From Octopus bimaculoides (lineage: Eukaryota), in the NCBI RefSeq assembly GCF_001194135.2, contig NC_068984.1, positions 4,393,055 through 4,440,464 on the forward strand: a stretch of 47,410 nucleotides of DNA, written 5' to 3'. The notes under the pieces were generated by a model. That model was not told where the DNA came from. It did no database searches and was given only the letters and a program-made list of their open reading frames with translations. Within the stretch, counting starts at the first letter, position 1. Every line of letters starts with the position of its first letter. The translations under genes were made by a program, and so were the position numbers. Below are positions 11,885-22,945 of the stretch, piece by piece.

Positions 11885-13130
11885 AAAGGAACAAATAATA
11901 CAATGTTTGCCGTAGGTCATAACGACCGGGCAACACCGGGGTGCATTTCTAGTGTATTATATGTATGTATGTATGTATGTATGTAATACACTTATAAACA
12001 CGCACACAAATATACGTGCATATATAGAATATGATTTCAACTGATTAACAATTGTTTTGTATACATCATTAAATACATCACCACCATCTAAATATCTAAA
12101 TTCATGCTCAGTTGAGTTACTTATTTTAGCTCATACGCGTGTGCGCGCGTGCATATAAACACACACACACTCACATGTATATATTCGTATAGTGAGAGAG
12201 AGAGTGTGTGTGGGGGGTATGTGGTAGATTAAAGAGGGCTTGCAGGTAGGTAAGAGAACTACAGAAATAGAGACGCGTTGCTCTGATCGAAGAAGCAGAA
12301 AGTGCTGGAATATGAAGAAGTTAGGCAGTTATGAGAGCGATATGTCGGTAAGCAGTCGTGTTAAGGGAAGGGAAATTGTGGTTAGATGAGCGAGACGAGA
12401 CAGAGCTAAAGTAAAGTTGGCGAAAATTTCGAGATGGTAGTTTCGTATCGAATTATTGGCAATCGTCCACACGTGACGAAGAGATTTCGTCGGTGTCCGT
12501 GTATATTAAATGTACAGTTTTAAATGTCTCTTCCAAAAGACGTTCAACTACAGTGTTTGTCTACAAGAGAAAGGTTGTGTTGGGAGTTATCTCTGCTTAG
12601 TCCTGGAGTCTTGTTCGCCTTGTGCACAATGCCAGGCTACTCTGGAAGATGTCCAAATATTCTGTGTTTCACAATCAATGGCGTTAAGTGATAACTATTT
12701 AACACCATTTCCGCCATCATCTCCAAGCCACTACAGTTGCTCCTCTCTGTCTCTGTCTCTCTCTCTTTCTCTCTCTGTCTCTCTCTCTCTCTTCCTCTCT
12801 GTCTCTCTCTCTATCTATCTATCACTCTCTCCCTCTCTGCCATCGCCGCCAACTTCTGTTAGTCATCAATCACCTTCATACACATATTCTCAAACTCCCA
12901 CAAACACGCATGCGCACGCCGGAATGTTATTACCATTGGCGTATTTACACGCACATATCTAGACCCATTATTTAACATACATATCTACACAATAAACATA
13001 CGTCATATAGAAAGCCGAACATAGAAGGAAACACAATAATATGTTTGTTATACTCTCACCTAAACTCACACACACACACACCTCACACACACCAGAAATA
13101 CTATAAAATAATAACCGCATATATTCTTAC

Positions 13131-13160
13131 CTTCTCACCAATACATCTTCAAATTTATAT
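13131..13160 (-). other. Candidate 30-nt phase-2 microexon (xYKFEDVLVRx), unverified
   Basis: tcatttggttttag|ATATAAATTTGAAGATGTATTGGTGAGAAG|gtaaga; only one of the three frames is open. Confidence 0.25.
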
Positions 13161-14601
13161 CTAAAACCAAATGATGTGAGACACATTGGCACACTTACAC
13201 ACATATACATACACATAGATATGGACGTATGTGTGAATCTATATATATGTATATATTACTCATACATACACACACACACACACACATGTCCAACACGGCA
13301 TTAATCGTTCCAGCTTACAAATATACGCATGTGCTCAGAGAATAAAAGCATCTTGGATACGACTTCTGTGTCGTACGTGTGATTATATCAATACAAACAT
13401 GTATGTGCATAAATACGCACGTACAGATACATACATATATACGTAGATATACATTCATCCATCCATACATACATACATACATTCATCCATCCATCCATCC
13501 ATCCATCCATCCATCCATCCATCCATACATACATACACGAACACAGGTTAACATATAGCAATGACCAACACTGACGGAAATATATACACACATGTACGTA
13601 CATACATGTCCATCTATATATACACATATATACACAGTCATATACATGTAGATATACATACATAGATAAATACACACAGATATGCAGAATGGAGCAAACA
13701 AGGAGATATTCTTACTTTCTTGTTGCTTTGTATTGTTATTTTTGCTTTGATAAAGAAGAAAGAATTATGTGAGATTCAAATCTCTGAGAACGATAGACTT
13801 AGGATACTCCAAAGATAGACAAGCGAGTTCGAATCACAGTAAATGATAAAGTAATCGTCAACAACGGTATTCAGATTCTGAAGAATCTCTTCCTACAGAC
13901 AAGATAAACCAGAAGTACGACATCGCCAGAACAACCTTATTTTTATTATAATTCGACATTTCAAATATTATCTTTCAAATCTGATTGAAACATGACAGAC
14001 TCTCGATTCTTCTGTATAAACTCAGGCACATTGCTGCCACTCAGAGGAATGTCTTTCGGCCATTTCTTCAAGAAGCTTACATATTTATCCAGACGAACTT
14101 GTTGAACCGTAATAAAGCAGACGACCAATAAAGACGCCCCATTGTGCAACTCCCCATAATAATACCCGTATGACCATACACACCAGTGGCCATACACCCT
14201 CCTAATCTAACGCTGGCATTGATAATGCCTCCTGCTCTTCTCTCCAGCTAATTAAACATGCAAGCCCGACCTGCCCAATGAGCAACTCCGGATGCAAATT
14301 TTTGAAAAACTACATCTGCCAAAATTCCGAGCACTCAGAAACAGCTGTCGGACTTGTAATGCATTCTCCCCCTCTAATTCCTTGTGCCTATGCCATCTGA
14401 GTAAGTCTGCTCTATAAAAGATATATATATATATATATATATATATACTTGATTATTTATCATCTGAGAATTTTGAATCTGCCTCCCCTTTGTGCACGTA
14501 TACATGTATATATATGTCTTGTACATTAAAAACCAAGATTTTATTTGCTTATTTGAATTATTCTCTCTCTCTCTCTCTTTCTTTCCCCCTCTCTCTCTCT
14601 C

Positions 14602-14633
<32 letters not shown>

Positions 14634-16694
14634 CAGAATATATTGTATATTTCTTCTTTTTGTATGTATTCATCAGAAACTCATAAATTACCGTTGGACA
14701 AATAAAGATATGTCGTAATCATTTGGGTGGCAGAAAATGTCCTTCAGAATCACTAGACATGCATTGTTGTAGAGGTCAGCTATTCAGCGGGTGTGAATGT
14801 ACAATCAAAAGTTCAGAAAAAAAGAGTACATTTATGGAGAATTAGGGTGGAACCTACCGTCTCTTGTACTCTGACTATAAATTCTCATTTGCACCCATCA
14901 TTATAGGTGCATTAGACTATATACCTACAAATTTACACAAAAGCCTATATGCCAGGGTTTTTTGAAGAAAGATCAAAAGAAACTGACGGAGATTCTCCAA
15001 CCACAAAGCGACGCAGTGAAGATTTATGTGACATTCCAAAGATTCTCCACCTGAGATTCTTTAGAGGAATAGAGGCAGACACTTGGATGCATGAATCGAC
15101 AGCTCACATAACACACCATCTCGACTTCATATTTGCAGACGCCGGGAAATCTCTTAACTCAAAAGTCTTGTTACTTTGTGAACGACCGGATTGAACTCTC
15201 TCAAGAAGAACTGAAATAAAACTAAAAAATAATACATTCAGAGACAGAAACAGAGAGAGTGAGACTGAAGAGATTGGAAAGGAGAAAGCGTAGATGTAAA
15301 CCAGACTTTTATCACAGGCCATACTGGAGTCATCTTATATAAAAAATATTAAAAAAACTTCGCTTATTTACAGTTAATTTGGTGAAGATCAATTTGTTCT
15401 GAAATGACAAATGTATACAAATATAAATCTTGCCCAAAGTTTGTTTGATAACATGTTTTGCTGGGTTCACAACTGGATTGCGCTTGGTCATTCTTAGTAA
15501 TATGAAGAAAATAAAAAATAGGTAAAGCGTTACATACAGACATAGGCACACTAACACACACGCACATACGCGCACACACGCAAACACGCGCTTGCACACA
15601 CACGTGCATACACACACATAAAGAAATAAAAAGAGAAAGAGACGGGGAATAAAATAAGCAAGTTTTATGAATAATTAGAAGGAAATACGTTGACTGGCTG
15701 ATAGAAAACAATAAAGATGAAGTATGAATGGAAAATTATGTGTTTGTCGAAGCCATAACTTGATATTGTAAAAAACATCAAAAGCAGTTGCACACGTGTT
15801 ATTTCCTTTAAATATAAGTCTACAGTATTTATCTTCATGTTGCTGATGTTGTTTCGATTGTTGTGTTGATTCAGTCACTGTTTCCGATATGGCTCTCAAG
15901 AGCTCTCCTTCAGCTACAGTCATAACACGTTCAACACTAGAAATTGAAACGGGCATAACATTACCTCAGCCATCCATGTCAGTCGTTCTCTAACTCAACT
16001 AACCAATGTAATATATGGACTTCACTTCTCCCACGATACTTGACAACCTCATAAAATATTCTCTACCGCTGCACGATTATTGCTGGATAGCTAACAGTGA
16101 TATCACACACGCGTATATTCACATAAACGCATCTTTAATGAGAATACGTTAAGAATTAACATAATAATCACCAACACAACATTTACAAAATATCAGGTAT
16201 TAAGAATCCAGTAAATAAGACAAACTGGTATGTGGTGAGCGCTGATGGTTTCTGAAACATTAAACACCATCTTGTCTCACTGCACACACAATCTTTTCTG
16301 ATATTCCGGATTACATTAACCATTTGTTTGCTTGTTTTCAAGCGATTCAGACAACCACAAATTTCCCCAAATCCATACACAGAATATAAATAATTTTCTC
16401 ACATAGAAATAGATCTGATATCAACAAAGGAAACAAGAGAGAGACTGGGGTAGTTGAAAGTGAACAATGGTGTCAGTTACGTGTAGGGTTTGTGACGTCA
16501 ATAACACTCAGCTCTGTCGTTACACAGCAACAGACCTGACCAACGGTCACAGTTCACAGTGGAAACACCAAGTGCCAGACTGGACACGATATGGAAAACT
16601 TTCCAGTTGGTTTCAAAAAGTAAATATTCGAAATAAGTGAAGCATAAACATAAAAAGTGTTTTATGCAAATAACTTTATATATATGTATGAATA

Positions 16695-16733
<39 letters not shown>

Positions 16734-17575
16734 NNNNNNNNNNNNNNNNNNNNNNNNNNNNNNNNNNNNNNNNNNNNNNNNNNNNNNNNNNNNNNNNNNN
16801 NNNNNNNNNNNNNNNNNNNNNNNNNNNNNNNNNNNNNNNNNNNNNNNNNNNNNNNNNNNNNNNNNNNNNNNNNNNNNNNNNNNNNNNNNNNNNNNNNNNN
16901 NNNNNNNNNNNNNNNNNNNNNNNNNNNNNNNNNNNNNNNNNNNNNNNNNNNNNNNNNNNNNNNNNNNNNNNNNNNNNNNNNNNNNNNNNNNNNNNNNNNN
17001 NNNNNNNNNNNNNNNNNNNNNNNNNNNNNNNNNNNNNNNNNNNNNNNNNNNNNNNNNNNNNNNNNNNNNNNNNNNNNNNNNNNNNNNNNNNNNNNNNNNN
17101 NNNNNNNNNNNNNNNNNNNNNNNNNNNNNNNNNNNNNNNNNNNNNNNNNNNNNNNNNNNNNNNNNNNNNNNNNNNNNNNNNNNNNNNNNNNNNNNNNNNN
17201 NNNNNNNNNNNNNNNNNNNNNNNNNNNNNNNNNNNNNNNNNNNNNNNNNNNNNNNNNNNNNNNNNNNNNNNNNNNNNNNNTATATATATACATATATATA
17301 TATATATATGCTGCACATATACAGAGCACATGCATGTATAACGGATTCCAGCGAATGTATAAATGTATAGTTTTTGATTCCGTTGAACAAATCTGATTTG
17401 TTATATAAGAGAATCTAAGCAATGGCGTGCTTTGCCAGACTATTATCAAGCCATTTACGCTACACTTGTACCATAAATATATTCACAACCATTTAGTAGA
17501 CTCTCATTGCATAACTCGGAACTTCAATGTTCCGATAGCCATACACCTCACTATTCATATACCAACACACACACA

Positions 17576-17608
<33 letters not shown>

Positions 17609-18801
17609 GACCAATTATAAATACAAACACACACACACACACATACACGCACAATCCCAGTTATTACTTTTTCTCTCTGACAGAATACAATGAAAGAATG
17701 ACATAAAAACAATTGATATATGTTAGGAAGAGAAATTATTATCTGGTGCTTGCTATCGGCTGCGTGGTGCGGAGCTGGTTGGCGTGTGTTAGTCACAGCA
17801 GATCTATACACGACAACATCCACCTTGAGCGATATAAATTAGAAAAATGAATTACAAACCTGGTTTTTGTTTAGCTCTGGTCAATTTGGGTCAAAACTTT
17901 TAATAAGGTTGACTATTGTTATGTGGTGGTTGTCTTTAAAGAAGCTGGTGTCAGACTCATTGCCAGAGGCTGGATAGCTTCTATGTACAGTGGCAACTGG
18001 TCAGTGGTCAGAGGAAAAGGTTATCTATATACAACCATTTAGAAGCACATCTTCAACCCGTGAAGGGCGTCCTCTTTGCTTTTGTACGTTTTGGCTCTTG
18101 GACCATTTCTGCTATGTTAACAAGAGGTGTTGACGGCACAACACATGGACGAAATTATTATGACAGTATCAGACACCTCGAAAATCGAGTTGGTCAGAAC
18201 CATACAAAAGGAAAACGAAGTCCTCACAGGTGCAAGCATTCACAAATATTATTCGTTCTGTTTTCAGTTCGATACCTTGATAGACAAATTCATGTCGGTC
18301 TGGGCCTGAGTCGCTAGACTAACGTACCTGATAAAATGTTTCGGATCTGACCCAGATCAGTTGCAGGTGAATAGGAATTTGGACGACGTCACGAGTGACC
18401 AGTGATACGGACTGAGAGGAGGGCAAACCTGAAACGTCATACAGGTACTTTATGCAGGCGCCGCCAAATGCCATGGCTTTGACAGTCGTCTCTCCTCTAA
18501 ATGGTCATCTGACTAGGCTTAAGTGTCAGTTCTTTCATTATTCCATGGGAGAGAATATTCTTCGACAGACAACAGCTTTTATACAAGAGCTCAGTTAGCC
18601 TCGGCTGATGCTGCACAGACATACGCTGAGGCTGCAGTACATACATATTCAATAATAATGAATATACAACATAAAATACATATGGAGAGAAACTGTGGAT
18701 ATTCGGCCCCTCACAGACACAGGCATAGATAAGGCCGCACGGCTTCAATGCATACGTATGGAGATGATATATATATATATATAGATATAGATATATATAT
18801 A

Positions 18802-19097
18802 TGAAGGATTCTCCCGTCGTTAGACGACGTATGAGGGTTCGACAATTTCTTACCGAACAACTGAACAACCACACAGATGATTTGTTTATAATGATCAAAT
18901 GTTTGTGCAGACATAAGCTCACTCTCTCCATCAACAGGTACAACAGGTGCCACATGTCAGATGATAAAATGATCGCAGAGCAACGTGAAATGAAGTGCTT
19001 TGCTCAAGAACACAACGCAACGCTCGGTCTGGGAATCGAAACCTCGATCTCGGAATCGTGTATGTAACATCTTAACCCCTAAGTCATGTGCCTTCAC
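18802..19097 (-). mobile_element. tRNA-derived SINE, family C
   Basis: Minus strand has A-box-like TGACTTAGGGG and B-box-like GGTTTCGATTCCC, followed by gcgttgtgttcttgagcaaagcacttcatttcacgttgc (V/CORE-like block). Confidence 0.7.
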
Positions 19098-20492
19098 GCA
19101 CACACACACACACACACATACACATATATGTATATATATATACATATATATATATACATATATATATATACATATATATATACTAGTATGTATAAAAAGT
19201 AAACATACACACATATGTATAGTCAAACCAAATAAGCGAACAATGAAATTCACAGACCAGAAGAGGACGTGCACAAGGAATGATTTTTTGCAAACGACTT
19301 GCAGATGCAAGTGCTACGAGTTGAAAGCTCCGCATGCGGACGCTAGCAAGTCCATGGGGTCATCAGGAGAGAATGCTCGCCGTTTCGGGCCTACCCCTCG
19401 ACGGCATCATTACGCACCGGCCCCTCACTGAAATGAGGCCCCGCTTGCTAGATCAACTAGTTACCAGATTTCGCTCAATATTCTTCTAACCATTTCTCAT
19501 CATCCCTTTTTAACCAAGTCCAGTGGCCAGCCCTCTCCACTCTAGTCTGGATATCACCCATGGTGGTATTTGCTTTACGATGAGTTAGGCCTAACGATAA
19601 CAACAGTCGCCTCACACTGTGTCCAACGAATCCTCTGCATTCGACTTCAATTGGAAAATGCTCTGCTTTCCAGCCCGCTTCTTCACATTCTCCGAGAAGG
19701 TTTTTAAATAGTTCAGCATAGGTGTTCTCTTATTCACTGATCTTCAGTTTTATGCTAACATCCATGTATGTATGTATGTATGTATGTATGTATGTATGTA
19801 CGTAAATAGATATGCAATTTTGCTGCAACCAAGTATATTTACAAACTGAACCGATCCCGACTCGTTTCATTTGACTTCTTACTTCACCTGTCTCTTTGAT
19901 TTATACATTTTCCTCTTTACGCACTTTTTCTGGATTTACACATTTCTTTTTTCTATACGTATTTGCTTCTATTCACTTGTTTTATCTTTTCTCCGCTATG
20001 AACATCTTATTTCTTATACATACTTTCTATACCCAAGTTCTTGATTTCGATCGGCATTTTATTATGCCTGTGCTTTCGTTCTTTCTTCTTTCTCTCTATA
20101 CAATCTCTCTACCTATTCTACGCTTTCTAATCGCTGCCAACCCCTTCTCTTAACTTGAAGTTATAAGCGTCACATGACATAATATCATTCTCACACACAT
20201 AGACACAGACAAAAAAATCTCATAGTTTCAGCTTTTTCTTTCCATATATTTTTCTGCGATATCCATTTGCCCTTACTTTCATTTTTATTTTCAATTTTTA
20301 TTTCCGTTTTAATTCATTTCATTTTAAAGTTCTTTCCCATTTTCTGTATATTTTTTATACCCAATTCTACGAGTATACAGGATTTGCATAATCCAATCTT
20401 TAATTCTAAGTCGACTCACTTCAATATTCATATATTCTTCCGTTACGGTCAATCACTTTCATCCAACAGATTCCAGTTACTTATTTATGTAT

Positions 20493-20523
<31 letters not shown>

Positions 20524-20682
20524 TCTATTTATTTTTGGTAAGTATTTGCCCCATTTACCGTGAAATGTTTATTCGACGAGTTGGTGACCACGACGACTTA
20601 TAAATACTTGTAAATTTTTGCTTTGTTCTAAATGCTCACAAACTGTCTGACGATCGGCAACAGTTTGTGAGTAACAGTTTGT

Positions 20683-20748
20683 GAAGTATATCTATCTATC
20701 TATCTGTCTGTCTATCTATCTATCTATATCTATCTGTGTGTCTATCTG

Positions 20749-20800
<52 letters not shown>

Positions 20801-20801
20801 C

Positions 20802-20869
<68 letters not shown>

Positions 20870-21153
20870 ATATANNNNNNNNNNNNNNNNNNNNNNNNNN
20901 NNNNNNNNNNNNNNNNNNNNNNNNNNNNNNNNNNNNNNNNNNNNNNNNNNNNNNNNNNNNNNNNNNNNNNNNNNNNNNNNNNNNNNNNNNNNNNNNNNNN
21001 NNNNNNNNNNNNNNNNNNNNNNNNNNNNNNNNNNNNNNNNNNNNNNNNNNNNNNNNNNNNNNNNNNNNNNNNNNNNNNNNNNNNNNNNNNNNNNNNNNNN
21101 NNNNNNNNNNNNNNNNNNNNNNNNNNNNNNNNNNNNNNNNNNNNNNNNNNNNN

Positions 21154-21208
<55 letters not shown>
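20683..21208. repeat. (TATC)n and (TG)n microsatellites flanking an N-gap
   Basis: Directly visible. Confidence 0.95.
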
Positions 21209-21211
<3 letters not shown>

Positions 21212-21212
21212 A

Positions 21213-21680
21213 GAGGATCGACTCGATGCAACAGATAGTACCGTTGGGAGAGACTAAAAGAATTGAGACTCTACTCTTTAAAGAGAAAACTCGAAAGATA
21301 TGCAGTGACGTGTGCAGTGGAAGATCCTGGCAGTTCTACTTCTCGACTTTGGAGTTGAAAGCTATACCAGCCACTGAACTGGACGGCACTGCAGGGTACC
21401 AAAGATCGCGTCTTTTCCATCTAGAATAAGGAACCAGTACTGTAACAGCTTGGATCTCAAGGGTCCACAACTGTTCAATATTTTGTAAAACCACCTCCGA
21501 GAATTGTGAGATGTAAATTTGAAAGTGTTTAAAAAACATTTGGACCAATTTTTATCCGAGATAGTGAATGAATCCATATCGCGGCAGGAAACGCTTCAAC
21601 AGAAACAATTCAGTAAAGAAAACCAACGGTACTAAAGGCACTGCCCCAACATGGCCTCAGCCTCTGGCTGAAACCGGCCA
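21213..21680 (+). mobile_element. CR1-like LINE 3' end (ORF2 C-terminus plus 3' tail)
   Basis: With frameshifts it reads (Y)WERLKELRLYSLKRKLERYA..WKIL...TGRHC.VPKI...YCNSL.LKGPQLFNIL...FKKHLDQFL, then the tail actaaaggcactgccccaacatggcc...ctgaaac. Confidence 0.8.
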
Positions 21681-21791
21681 ACAAAGGTATGTATGTGTGT
21701 GTGCATATATATGTATATACCCAAGCATATAAATGTGAAATAATGTGGGAAAAAATAGTACTCGAATACCGGAGGTAGAATAATATGCTTT

Positions 21792-21965
21792 GTTATTAAA
21801 GCTGCAAAAACATCACAAAAATATCACAAAAACTCCTACTTTCAGTTTTACGCTCTCGTTCATCGGGCAGTTGTGGTCAGAACTGCCCGATTACTGGGAA
21901 AGTGAAACTCTGAGTAGCAGATTTTTGTGATATTTTTGTGATTTTTTTTTTTGCAGCTTTAATAA
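21792..21965. repeat. ~174-bp foldback with two degenerate outward-reading hammerhead-like arms
   Basis: ttattaaagctgcaaaaa-catcacaaaaatatcacaaaaa / tttttgtgatatttttgtgat..ttttgcagctttaataa. Each arm contains an AACTGC CCGAT.A...AAAC...GTA motif homologous to 2771-2812. Confidence 0.8.
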
Positions 21966-22810
21966 TAAAGTAGATAGATAGATAGATAGGTAGGTAGGTA
22001 GGTAGGTAGGTAATAACTTAAAGCTTTGAACCTAAAATTTTGCTCATTTAGGGCTTAAACCGAAATGGTATTTATTGAATTGAATATGTTTAGTTTTAAT
22101 GCAAATTTGGAGGGAAATTTGTCTTTTGTACAGTATGAAATTTTGGTGGAATTGCGTGAGGAAATTTGATGGCAAATATAATAAAATTACATCTTTTAGC
22201 TGGAGACTATTAAAGAATTTCAAAGACAACTGACTTGTCCTATCCCAGTTTTGTGTCTCATACGATTAATCCTTGAGACAGGTAAACAAAGATAAAGCCT
22301 TGATCTCGTAGAGACATTCCAACTTAATCGGAGATCGATACTTGTCATTTGTGGCACATTTCTTTCCAAAGAGTTCTTTGTCAGACGAAAGGAAGAATCT
22401 TCAGAAGATTTTTTTTTTCAGAAGAGAATCACTGAAGGAACAAATAATGTCCATGGTATTAATGGTAATACTGTTTACTTGTTTGTCTTTTAATTGTTGC
22501 TAGCTGAGATATAAACAAACTGACAGACACATCATAATAATTTTGGAGAAATATAACATTTCGGAGAACAACAGTTGGGAAGTATGCCACATCGGAGAAT
22601 ATTTTACATTGGTCAAATAACATTCTGCTGGAATCTACTGACTGAATTCTTAGTATATAAAAATCTTTGACTTTACATGGACTTCACTGAAGTACTTCGG
22701 CCTCGATTTAAAAAAAATTAAAACAACGAAAATTCAGACTTAAGGACAATATGCCTCCTCTGTTAACGAACTTCAGGCCATTGGCAGTTGAAGATCCAGA
22801 TATGCCACCC

Positions 22811-22945
22811 CCGCCGGGGTCGACTTTGCCTTTCATCCCTTCGGAGTCGATAAAATAAGTACCAATGAAACACTGGGATCGATGGAATTCACTTACCACC
22901 CCCAACCCGAAATTGCTGGCCTTGTGCCAAAATTTGAAACCAATA
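22811..22945 (+). mobile_element. 5'-truncated SINE family A, tail A3
   Basis: Central block gggtcgactttgcctttcatcccttcggagtcgataaaataagtacc, then a different tail aaattgctggccttgtgccaaaatttgaaaccaata. Confidence 0.8.

Noticed and set aside
13961-14400. Non-repetitive GC-richer stretch with several 50-80 aa open frames and a ccag|...TGA|gtaagt exon-like unit (14248-14400)
   Set aside because: The only open frame ends in a stop at the donor, and no frame resembles a domain I recognise.
14949-15194. 81-aa plus-strand ORF (MPGFFEERSK...)
   Set aside because: No recognisable motif and no supporting splice or promoter context; it overlaps an equally weak minus-strand exon candidate.
17710-17832. 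MLGREIIIWCLLSAAWCGAGWRVLVTADLYTTTSTLSDIN* resembling a signal-peptide start
   Set aside because: It stops after 40 codons with no splice donor before the stop.
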